Positions 13,229-25,387 of a stretch of DNA of 64,000 nucleotides are shown one piece after another. Source of the DNA: Octopus vulgaris (taxonomy: Eukaryota); NCBI GenBank assembly GCA_951406725.2, contig OX597834.1, forward strand, positions 25,420,001 to 25,484,000, written 5' to 3'. Under the pieces are notes generated by a model. It was not told the origin of the DNA. It searched no databases and saw nothing but the letters and a program-made list of their open reading frames with translations. The translations under genes and the position numbers were made by a program. Each line of letters starts with the position of its first letter. Position 1 is the first letter of the stretch.

Positions 13229-13938
13229 TAAACAATAATAAATCTCTAAGCGAGGTATAAACAGTAACTGCTCTGTAATATAAGCGGGACCAGCCATCTG
13301 AATGTGGCTAGGGACAGGGCGGGGTGGTGGGGGTGTTACTGATGCATTTAGCCCCAGGCGACTATAGACGTCACCAGGAGAGCCGACACCATCACGGTGT
13401 CCTTGCTAGCCTGTAAAGGGAGATCAGCCTCCCCGAAGATACGGATGCTACACACGGACCGGTTTCGAGCACCGGGTATCGGCTCTCCTGGTGACGTCTA
13501 TAGTCGCCTGGGGCTAAATGCATCAGTAACACCCCCACCACCCCGCCCTGTCCCTAGCCACATTCAGATGGCTGGTCCCGCTTATATTACAGAGCAGTTA
13601 CTGTTTATACCTCGCTTAGAGATTTATTATTGTTATCGAACAGATTTTCGACGCCAGTGACTGTGTTTACAGTGAAAATCTATATATTCTAGCCTGTAGA
13701 GGAAGTCCCTCAACGAAGAACGGTGCTTGCCATGCGCTGACGAGAGGCGACCACCTCGAAACCGGTCCGTGTGTAGCATCCGTATCTTCGGGGAGGCTGA
13801 TCTCCCTTTACAGGCTAGCAAGGACACCGTGATGGTGTCGGCTCTCCTGGTGACGTCTATAGTCGCCTGGGGCTAAATGCATCAGTAACACCCCCACACC
13901 CCGCCCTGTCCCTAGCCACATTCAGATGGCTGGTCCCG

Positions 13939-13944
<6 letters not shown>
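13229..13944. mobile_element. (TA)n-flanked Penelope-type cassette with nested inverted repeats
   Basis: 13229-13386 is inverted at 13479-13636; 13278-13469 is inverted at 13755-13944; contains an intact hammerhead core. Confidence 0.8.
13731..13773 (+). ncRNA. Canonical minimal type-I hammerhead ribozyme
   Basis: CATGCG-CTGACGA-GAGG cgacca CCTC-GAAA-CCG-GTC-CGTGTG. Full consensus core; predicted cleavage after C13767. Confidence 0.85.
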
Positions 13945-13995
<51 letters not shown>

Positions 13996-14709
13996 TACGC
14001 GCGCGCGCACACACACATAGTTGACATCATAACAATTTCAGAAACTTCCAGAGAACGTGAAATAATTCTTCTTTGAGTCGGTGGAACGTGAAGCACATTA
14101 AGCTATAAAGGACGTCTGTCATATTTACAGAAGATATGTGTAGCTTTCGACGTTTTCTATCTAAAGGGTTTTATAACTCAATATTTTATACGCTATTATT
14201 TTTAGATTTATTTGATTCAAATTTCACTGTTCCAAAAAAGGAATTGTGTACATGCGCGCCTGTGTGTGTGGCTGGCTGACTGTTGCTGCGTAACGAAGGA
14301 CTAACAGTTGAAAGGATTGACAGGGGAGGTAATTAATAGTAAGGGGAGATAATTCTTGTTTTATTTATATTTGATGAAGTTAAGTGTAGTTTCTAGCAAC
14401 GATTCTTAAGCTGAAAAAACACAGCGCACTCTTTTCTCACGCAAGAAATATTAGTAAAGCTTTCGTTCCACCTCCTTTTCATAACATCCATTTAGTAATT
14501 CTTTCTTTGCCATGATGTTGGACATGCTGTAAACAGTTTAAAACTAATTTTGTTTATCAAAATATGGCAATGAGTCCATCCCATTTTCCATTCACACAAT
14601 ACCCACTTCATCCCCGTGGGAAACAATGAATTATAGCTAAATGAGAAAATAATACAACGAAATGACAAAATGGGTTGGAGTTAAGAAAAGTATCCAGCCA
14701 TAGAATACA

Positions 14710-15117
14710 GGCGCAGGAGTGGCTGTGTGGTAAGTAGCTTGTTTACCAACCACATGGTTCCGGTTTCAGTCCCACTGCGTGGCACCTAGGGCAAGTATCT
14801 TCTACTATAGCCTCGAGCCGACCAAAGCCTTGAGAGTGGATTTGGTAGACGGAAACTGAAAGAAGCTCGTCGTATATATGTATATATATATGTATATATA
14901 TATGCGTGTGTGTGGTTGTGTGTCTGTGTTTGTCCCCTTAGCATTGCTTGACAACCGATGCTGATGTGTTTATGTCTCTGTTACTTAGCGGTTCGGCAAA
15001 AGAGACCGATAGAATAAGTACTGGGCTTACAAAAGAATAAGTCCCGGAGTCGATTTGCTCGATTAAAGGCGGTGCTCCAGCATGGCCGCAGTCAAATGAC
15101 TGAAACAAGTAAAAGAG
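14710..15117 (+). mobile_element. Full-length tRNA-derived SINE (family A)
   Basis: A box TGGCTGTGTGG, B box GGTTTCAGTCCC, internal (TA)(TG) tract, 3' GGCGGTGCTCCAGCATGGCCGCAG...AAACAAGTAAAAGAG. Confidence 0.85.
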
Positions 15118-16000
15118 TATAGAAACCAAGCCAAACCACACTGGAGCCTGGTACAGCTCTCCATTTTTTTCAGTTCCAGTCAAACCACCTACCCTATGCC
15201 AGTATGGAAAACAGACACTAAATGATGAGGAGGAGGCAGTGGCAATAAACATCAGAGATGCTTTGCCCCATACAGAATCTGCAGGAGCTACTCAGGGGTT
15301 TTAGTTCTTCTAAACACTGTATGTACATAATACAATATCACTCAGGCATGCATTTCTTTATGAGTTTGATGATTTTGTCAGCATTCTCCTCCTAGTCTGG
15401 CTGCCTTCCAAGGTTGCTTAACCAAAACTCCCACCTAGTTATATTGTCACAGTACTTCGAGACACAATAGTACTCTCACCCTGGGCCATGCTTTAACAAA
15501 TGTTGCGAGGCACCTTACTCACAACCATCTTGTGCAACCTGAAATTTCAAATGAATTACTTGTAGGAACACCTGTATTTCATTATGCAACCATAATTTAC
15601 AATAATACGATATTTAATAGCATTGCTAACACATGTAGGACACAGTATGACTTATAAGCCTTTAATATACTATGGTTGGCATTAGGAAGGGCATCCAGAT
15701 GTAGAAACTCTGCCAGATCAGATTGGAGCCTGGTGCAGCCATCTGGTTCACCAGTCCTCAGTCAAATCGTCCAACCCATGCTAGCATGGAAAGCGGACGT
15801 TAAATGATGATGATGATGATGATGATGAATGATGTAGTACATTACGGTTACATAATGAAATAAGGTATTCTTATAAGTCATTAATATGTACCTACAAGCT
15901 GCCAGGAATGTGTTTAATATGTAAAATTGGTATATTTCATTGTGTTACACTGCTATGTTTAGTAGTTAAACGAGTTCATAGATAGGTAATGGGTTTGATG

Positions 16001-16046
16001 TGGTGCTGATGAAGGAGCTAGAACTCCTGAAGTATGGTATACACAC
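16001..16046 (+). ncRNA. Degenerate hammerhead motif
   Basis: CTGATGA-AGGAG ctagaa CTCCT-GAAG-TATGGTA-TACAC; GAAA is mutated to GAAG. Confidence 0.45.
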
Positions 16047-16269
16047 CCATTAACCATTTTTCCATCTTTGATCACATTGTTGTTTACATTAGACATATCT
16101 GGATATAAAACATAATTAACAAATCAGTGCTGGCTATAATTTCTACAGAAAAATCTATAGAGATGATCTTAACATGTGAAATTTCAAAGTCCCCATCCTA
16201 CTAAATAACTACTGCAGTGTCTACTAAACAATTTTACATTCAAAAATCAATGGAAATCGTAGTCATGAT

Positions 16270-16585
16270 CCCTGTGCCAGTGGCACGTAAAAGAACCATC
16301 CGAACGTGGCCGATGCCAGCGCCGCCTTGACTGGCTTCCGTGCCGGTGGCACATAAAAAGCACCGATCCAATCGTGGCCGTTGCCAGTCTCGCCTGGCAT
16401 GTAAAAAGCACCCACTACACTCATGGACTGGTTGGCGTTAAGAAGGGCATCCAGCTGTAGAAACACTGCCAGATCAGAATGGAGCCTGGTGCAGCCTTCT
16501 GGCATCCCAGATCCCAGTCGAACCGTCCAACCCATGCTAGCATGGAGAACAGACGTTAAAGGATGATGATGATGATGATGATGAT
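16270..16585 (+). mobile_element. SINE family C 3' part (V-domain-like, (GAT)n tail); other copies ~15675, 20300, 23985, 26370, 28495, 32232, 35865, 38190, 46050, 48060 and 60020 (-)
   Basis: GGCACGTAAAAAGCAC repeats + GGCGTTAGGAAGGGCATCCAGC + CCATGCTAGCATGG + (GAT)n. Confidence 0.85.
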
Positions 16586-16830
16586 TTTCAACAACATTAT
16601 AAATAAATAAAAATACTTAATAAACAGTTTTGAATTGTCAGCGTCAGCTTTTTCTAACTGTAGAATTCCTGTTGCTTTCTCTGTTGACTTGCAGCATTCT
16701 GTCAAGTTTTCTATGGAATTCAGACAATATTTTTTTTATCTTTTCCGTTTCAATATCAAGGGAGTGACTTTCCTTCTGACCTTTTAAACTTGTTGTAAGA
16801 AAGACAGGACTTTGTATAACTTACATCTTT

Positions 16831-16836
16831 TTTATT
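16831..16836 (-). terminator. Candidate TFIP11 polyadenylation signal AATAAA
   Basis: tttatt on + strand, about 335 nt downstream of the stop. No transcript evidence. Confidence 0.3.
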
Positions 16837-17171
16837 CCTTTTTTGGTAACAGAACATTTCTAAGTCTGTTCATGTTTCTCAATGTTCCTTGTTTATAATA
16901 AATACATACACACACATACACACATACAAACATCTTTATATACTTTAAAAACCCTCTCATTTAATCTATTATATACACAAAAGAATCCATCACACTCTCT
17001 CTCTCTCTCTCTCTCTTTCTTTCACTCTAAATTTTATGAGTACACAAAATGTTTATAAATGTGTATATATGTCTATATATATTTGAATGTACTGCAGGAA
17101 TGTTCCAGCCAATACATATACCCCATTCACCTAAATACACAACAACGTGAGGAAAGATGACACTCTGCACA

Positions 17172-17348
17172 TCAGTGCTTGCCACGGTCAATGAGTGTGT
17201 TCAAAGAGACAGGAATCCAGCTTTGGTTATCAAACATGAAGATAACATTTCTGTCAAGATGCATCACAACACTGCCAAACCGATAAACTTGTTTCCCTTC
17301 ATGAGATTTTCCAGGAATTGGGATGAAAACCAAATTATGGTCAATGGC
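17172..17348 (-). CDS. TFIP11: TFIP11 terminal coding exon 16 ([25 protein letters not shown]...IDRGKH*)
   Basis: TTTTCAG acceptor; TGA stop ending at 17172; matches the TFIP11 C-terminus. Confidence 0.94.
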   Translation of the reverse strand, partial: AIDHNLVFIPIPGKSHEGKQVYRFGSVVMHLDRNVIFMFDNQSWIPVSLNTLIDRGKH

Positions 17349-19162
17349 CTGAAAAACATGAAACAAAATAGAAATTAGTTGAAGCTTCATTTGGTTTGTC
17401 TTGTGTTCTTGCAAAATAAAAACAAACATAAACTAGAAAAGCACTCGGAGAGCGCAGACCTCCGCCAAGCGGCTCATTTCCACCCATATACACACATGCT
17501 GAAAATCGCCCAATTTCCCAAACCACTACTAGATCTACAAATAAGTTTAGCTTTAAATCCTGAAAGTGCACCCCGCGTATGAAAGACCTTGAGAACTTCA
17601 AGACTGACTTATGGAACGTTGCAAAGAAGATAGGGTTTTGGCATTATTCTAACCCCTTCCTTGAATCCTTAAATGACTATATGACCAGTATTAAACAATC
17701 ACCCAGTCTACACATCCTCGCAGATAAAACTAGAAAAGCACTCAGAGAGTGCAGACCTCCGCCAAGCAGCTCATTTCCACCCATGTACACGCATGCTGAG
17801 AATCACCCAATTTCCCAAACCACTACTAGATCTACAAATAAGTTTAGCTTTAAATCCTGAAAGTGCACCCCATGAATGAAAGACCTTGAGAACTTCAAGA
17901 CTGACTTATGCACCGTTGCAAAGAAGATAAGGTTTTGGCATTATTCTAACCCCTTCCTTGAATCCTTAAATGACTATATGACCAGTATTAAACAATCACC
18001 CAGTCTACACATCCTCGCAGATAAAACTAGAAAAGCATTCGGAGAGTGCAGACCTCCGCCAAGCAGCTCATTTCCACCCATGTACACGCATGCTGAAAAT
18101 CACCCAATTTCCCAAACCAACGCTAGCAAAAACATAACCTCCTTGGCGGGGATAAAAAAATAACACATCCATATGATTTTTAAGAAAAAAAAAACCTTTA
18201 AAAACAGGAATCATTTGAAGCAGTTCACAACCACCGCCATCATCAGCAGCATTGTCATTGCTTCCACTTCAACCACATACACGGCCATCAATGTTATCAA
18301 GACGGTTACCTTGACAGTCACTTTCACCACTACAACCAGTATAACCACTGCAATACCACCATCACACAAAGCTTGGCCACAATCAAATGACTGAGACAAG
18401 TAAAAGATAAAGGATACATATAGGTACACAGAGAAATATACTCATACACATGAAGAGAACTACAATCATATACATACAGAGATATACACTGACACACACA
18501 CACAGTGAAATACATTGACACATACACTAAAATTAAATATATTCAGCCACACACACAGAGTAAAATATATACACACACAAACAGAGATATAAATATTGAA
18601 ATACACTTACAGTGAAACACTCATACAGTGAAACACACGCACATACTAAAACACACACACAATGAAATACACAAACACTCATACAGATTCAGTGAAATGC
18701 ACACACATACACATACATAGTGACACACAAATACAGAGAAACAATACATCCATACACACCTACAGTGCAATATATATACACACACATAGTTATCTAACAA
18801 TAGAATCTCTTTGAAACTGAAATTGCTACTCACCATTTTTTCAACAAGTTCTTTGAAACTGCTCGGATATGATGGGTTACGCTGCAAATAACAACAAATA
18901 TTATTATAAAACAAACTGTCATTGTTCATCATCATAATTGATTATAATTATTTTAAGGCAGCAAGCTGGCAGAATTGTTAGTGCGTTAGGCAAAATGATT
19001 AGTGGCATTTCGTCTGTTTTCACATTCTGAGCTCAAGTTCCACCAAGGTCAACTTTGGTCAACTTTGACTTTCATCCTTTCAAGGTCAATAAAATAAGTA
19101 CCTGTTGAGTACTTACTCCGTCCCCACAAAACTGCTGGCTTTGTGCCACAATTTGAAAGAAC

Positions 19163-19208
<46 letters not shown>

Positions 19209-20076
19209 GTGTGAGAGAGCAGTGCATGCCATCAAAGTGACACTGGGGTGAAATATACAAAGCCCAGTATACCCATCATGACTACCTGTCTGATATGGGT
19301 ACACCAGGCACATGCATCACATGTGATCTCATATCAAAATAAACAGTGCATGACTTTGCAGGTGGGGCCCAGTTACAATTTTCTTCAGGTCAAGTAGCCT
19401 ATCCCACTTAGTTTGTTTAAGGATGATGAACAAAATACCCCTGTTTTCAGAGGTGAATTATTCAAACCCCAGAGAATTTGAAAGAATGATTATTATTATT
19501 ATTATTGAGTGAGGGAGCAGTGCATGCCATCAAAGTGACACTGGGGTAAAATATACGAAGCCCAGTCTACCCAACATGACTACCTGTCTGATAAGGGTAC
19601 ACCAGGCACATGCATCACAACCATATGTGCGCGAAATGGTGATCTCATATCAAGATAAACAGCGCATGACTTTGCAGGTGGGGCCCAGTTAGAATTTTCT
19701 TCTGGTCGAGTAACCCATCCCTCTCAAAAAGGTCCCTGAATAAGGGTTGTTCAAAGATGTTGAACAAAACACCCATGTTTCCAAAGGTGAATTATCCAAG
19801 CCCCAAAGAATCCCTCTCAACACATAGCTATGATGCTCCCCCACTACTTCTGTTCGTGATCAGAGATGCACATATCGTCTGCCACTAAGGGACATGTTCA
19901 ACTGGTTATGGTCAAACAACTGACAAACAAATCTGTGGTATTGAGCAGAATATTTGCTGAAGCCATATATAGACATATATACACATTTATAAATACCAAG
20001 ACCAAACATGTACATGATAACAATTCCAATCATTTAAAATCAAAAGCCATGAGAGTCACCACCTGGTACTGCATTA

Positions 20077-20110
<34 letters not shown>

Positions 20111-23100
20111 CATTATTATTATTTCATGTATTGTAGAAGTGTAACCAATTTATTACACATATATTTTAATGGTAAATTATTGTGAGAATGCATGGCCTAG
20201 TGGTTTGGGAAAAAATGATAGGGAATTACTGGTTTAACCATTTAGCATTTAAACCAGCCATATCCAGTCCATATATTCTACCACTTTTATATAGACACTG
20301 GCCGTTTGCCAGACTTGTCTGGCACCTGTGCTGGTGGCACGTAAAAAGCACCCACTACACTCATGGAGTTGTTGGCATTAGGAAGGGCATCCAGCCGTAG
20401 AAACATTGCCAGATCAGACTGGGCCTGGTGCAGCCTTCTGGCCTCCCAGACCCCAGTTGCACCATCCAACCCATGCTAGCATGGAAAGCGGATGCTAAAT
20501 GATGATGATGATGATGACGGGCCAGATCCAGCCTCTCACACTTACCTACAATGTAATTCTAAAAATAAACAAAGCATATCATCAAATCTCAAGGCTATGA
20601 GACGATGCATGATTAATTTTTAAAAGTGAGGATAAACATGCATAACATTTGATAAATTAATCTGAGAGCTAAAAGGTTAAAAGCTGTTTAGACGAATATG
20701 TCTTGGCTGAAGAGGCCCAATACGATAGCTGTAGTGAGGTTTAAAATCAGACAGAGGGAGAGCCACCATTAGAGTGGTTGCTAGGGAAACGTAATGAAGC
20801 AAAATTGTGGAAACGTACGTCGTAATCTTGAGCTGGGTGATGAGAGACTCCTGAAGTGGGGGGGATCATGTTCAATACCGCTGAAGGTGGTGGCGGTGGT
20901 GGTGCTGATATTGTCCCCATCTGACGGCGTTCGTTGTGTGCAAAATAGGCCATGTTCTCTTTAGCCCCGGGCTGGAAGTAACCAGTGGCGGCACGGTTCA
21001 TTATGTCGAGGGCTCGGTTGAACTGATCTTTTGGTTGGAGAGTGGTAACGGTGGTGGCAGCGGAGAGTGGTAATGGTGGTGGTAGAGATAGGGGGGAGGA
21101 GAGAAAAAAAAAGAAAAGAAAGAAACATATTTTTAAAATGTGTTAATAAACAGAAAACAGAAACATTAGTTTAGCTGTTGTCACACAATTTCCTGCCATA
21201 CATCATACCTGTGTCACTCCACAAATACACACCCCACCCACAGCCAAACATACCCTCTCTCTCACACACACACACAAACATACACACACCAAGCTACACT
21301 AATTACTGCAGCTCTTCTACCTTCACTGCCATACGTCATAGCACTGTCACCAAACATACACACTAATATACACACGCACACATACATACACACACACACA
21401 CACATGTATTCACATGCACACACACACACAGCAAGTTACATCATCTCTACCTTCACTGTCAAGCAATGTAATAGCACACGTGCCTGCACCATGTAAAAAG
21501 CACAAGTACCAGTGCCACATAATATCCATTTGTGCCGGCACCACATGAAAAGTACTTGTGCTGACACCATGTGATATGCACTCCTGCCAGCACCATGTAG
21601 AATGCGCTCATGCCAACACTCGTGCCAGTGGCATGTAGAATGTGCCTGTGCCAGCATCACATGAGAAGCACTTATGCTGGTGTCACATAAAAAGCACTGG
21701 CGTTGGTGCCAAGTAAGAAGCATTTGTACAAGCACCACATAAAATACACAAGTGCCAATGCCATGTTAAATGCACTCATGTGTGCACCATCTGACATGCA
21801 TTCATACCAGCACCACGTAATACATATTCATTCTGGTGCCAAGAGAAATCACCCAGGAATAGTATACAGCCGTGGAAACCATGCCAAAACAGACAAATGG
21901 AACCTAGGCAGGTCTCCAGCTCCTATAAAACCATCCAGCCCATGCCAGCATGAAAAGCAGATATTAAATGATGATGATGAGGAGGAGGAGGAGGAGGAGG
22001 ATAATGATTTATATGCCACACACACTCTCAGCAATCATTACATGAAGGTCCTGTGTTTTTAATTAGACATCAAACACTTTTTATTACAGGTAAATACATA
22101 CTGTGATGAGTTAAGACAGGTAGGGACTACACAAAGTTACAAGTAGCTCTTATTAAGAGTTAGGACAGGCAGCTTATATAAAGAGTCAAGTCAGATAAAT
22201 AGTATAAAGTGTTAATTAAAACAGGTAGATACAGAAAGAGCTACACATCCATCACATTACCACAAACTGTACCAACACAGAGTCACAGAAACGCTCTCTG
22301 GTATTATCAGTCATCATCATCAATATACTCCATTTATTCCTTTGTCATAAGCCTGTGCCACGGTTTCATTTTTAGCATCAGTACATTTATATGTTTACCT
22401 TTAACATAAGCGTGGTTGAGAAATTCTTCAGGGAACTGTGATTTCCATCCAAGATACCAATTGGTGACCTCTTCATAGTTTGGCATGTTGCTAAGCCAGG
22501 TACAAAGCACTTGTAACCATTTGGGGAATAAATTCTTCTCCAATATTGATATTAAGTGTGGCAGAGCAATGATATCTCTCCATGACATCATCCAATGTAA
22601 TGGCTCTATATGAAACAAAAATGAATAAAAAAAAAGTTAGTATTAATTAGGCAAACCATTCTTAAATGAGTTATAAATTACTAATGCCTTAACTGCCTCA
22701 CTAATAACTGTTCTGCAACTATTCTACAAGAATGTATATTGATAGGTATTTTTATTATCTATATCTATATCTATCTATCTATCTATCTACACACACACAT
22801 ACATATACATATATATATACACAGATGTAAGTTTATGTAATCAACAAAGCCCCTTCACATAAAAGTGCTGGCTTTGTACCAAAATTAGAAACAATCATTT
22901 TTATTCTTCTTCTTATTGTTATTATTATTAAAGTGACAAACTGGCAGAATCCACTGGCGCAGTGGACAAAATGCTTAGTGGCATTTCGCCCATCTTTAAT
23001 TCTGAGTTCAAATTCTGCTGAAGTCGACTTCACCTTTCATCTTTTCAGGGTTGATAAAATAAGAACGAGTTGAGCAGTGGGGTCAATTACATTAACTTAC

Positions 23101-23364
23101 ACCTTCTCCCAAAATTGCTGGCCTTGTGCCAAAATTTGAAACCATAATTATTATTATAGTCACCATGCTTGATCACTAAATCCACATGTTTTTTTTTTAT
23201 TCTCCTTCTATTTATTTTCTCTTATTCCTTCCTGTTGAAGAGCACAGGCTCAAAATGTAAAAGACTTTCTCACTTTCCCAAGCACCAAACTAACACACCT
23301 GCTTGTTGTGCATACACCTGTCTTCGTCTTTTGACTTTCTGTAAATTTCAATTATTATTATTAA

Positions 23365-23401
<37 letters not shown>

Positions 23402-25341
23402 TAAAAATAATATACTAACCAAGGATCTGTTGGTGTGGGTTGATGACAAACTCCTGCATGCAGAGTTCAAGCTTGGGTAGAATGTTCTTCACCAAAAAGC
23501 CTTCCATGTGACCTGGTTTGAAGACGCTGACCCATGGCTGAAGAATAACTTTAGCAGACGAGTCTGAAGGATGCCACTTGTTGAGGGCATTGGATAGTTT
23601 GTGTCTGATCGGAGCGTAGAGGTTCCAACTTGTCCCCTAGAGAAGAATACAGAAACAGCTTTAAAAAATGTTTTTGTCTCTTGTCATGATTTTATTTATG
23701 ATTGGCCGTTGCCAGCGCCGCCCGACTGGCCTCCGTGCCGGTGGCACGTAAAAAGAACCATCTGATCATTATTATTATTTCATGTATTGTAGAAGTGTAA
23801 CCAATTTATTACACATATATTTTAATGGTAAATTATTGTGAGGATGAATGGCCTAGTGGTTTGGGAAAATAAGGGTCAAAAGGGCCCATAAATAAAAAAA
23901 TGATAGGGAATTACTGGTTTAACCATTTAGCATTTAAACCAGTCATATCCAGTCCATATATTCTACCACTTTTATATAGACACTGGCCGTTGCCAGCCTC
24001 GCCTGGCCTCTGTGCCGGTGGCACGTAAAAAGCACCATCCGATCGTGGCCGTTTGCCAGCCTCGTCTGGCACCTGTGCTGGTGGCAAGTAAAAAGCACCC
24101 ACTACACTCACGGAGTGGTTGGCGTTAGGAAGGGCATCCAGCCGTAGAAACATTGCCAGATCAGACTGGGCCTGGTGCAGCCTTCTGGCTTCCCAGACCC
24201 CAGTTGAACCGTCCAACCCATGCTAGCATGGAAAGCAGATGCTAAACGATGATGATGATGATGATAATGATGATGATTTCCTATGAGTAAATGTTTCAAT
24301 TAATTTTTAAAATGGCAACGATAATTATGAGAATGTTCGGTAAAATATGAAACTGGGACTCTGTTAGTTACAGTGATAAGTGTTCCAGGTGATCCGATCA
24401 ACGGAACAGCCGGATCGTGAAACTAACGTGCAAGTGGCTGAGCACTCCACAGTCATGTGTATCTTTACCATAGTTCTAAGGGAGATTCAGCATGATACAG
24501 TATGTGAAACGGCTAACCTTTGTGAATTACAGGTACTACTCGTTTTTGACAGCTGGGTGGATGGGAGCAACATGAAATAAAGTGTCTTGCTCAAGAACAC
24601 AATACGTCACTGGGAATTGATCTCATGTCATTACGACCATGAGCCAACTACTGTAACCACTGAGTTGTGCAACATGAAATAAAGTGTCTTGCTCAAGAAC
24701 ACAATACGTCGCTGGGAATTGATCTCATGTCATTACGACCATGAGCCAACTACTGTAACCACTGAGCTGTGCAACATGAAATAAAGTGTCTTGCTCAAGA
24801 ACACAATACGTCACTGGGAATTGATCTCATGTCATTATGACCATGAGCCAACTACTGTAACCACTGAGCTGTGCATCAATCTATATACCTGCTATACATT
24901 GGTGTCAACCAACTGAAGTCTCTTAGAATCGTTTATATTATTCTGGGATCTTGGTTGAGGTTTTAATTTAAATGCAAATTCTTCAGTACCAGTGATCTTA
25001 GGTGGATTGTTACAGAAATGTCTACGTATTTTGTCAGGGTCCACTATGAAGTTGAAAAGTGTAGGGAATGTACCTCAGAGTTACCCAAGGTAAAGAAAAA
25101 GTGGCGTTTTGCTGAAGGGTGGGTGTTGTCAGTTAAGTGTAGATTTAACAATGAGAATTTGACAATTAGAATTGTCAAAGGCCAATTTCGACAGTGGCAA
25201 AAGACAATTATATAATAATGGTTACTGGCTGTCAAGCAATGGTGGGAGGCAAATATACTCGCAAAGACAGATACATAAATATATATATATATATATCATC
25301 ATCATCGTCACCCTTTAACATCTGTTTTCCATGCTGACATA

Positions 25342-25387
<46 letters not shown>

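Noticed and set aside
13397-13827. Two ORFs sharing the N-terminus MSLLACKGRSASPK on opposite strands
   Set aside because: A consequence of the inverted repeat; non-ATG starts and no coding signal.
24566-24875. CRISPR-like array
   Set aside because: Whole units repeat with no unique spacers; eukaryotic SINE-derived DNA; no cas genes.
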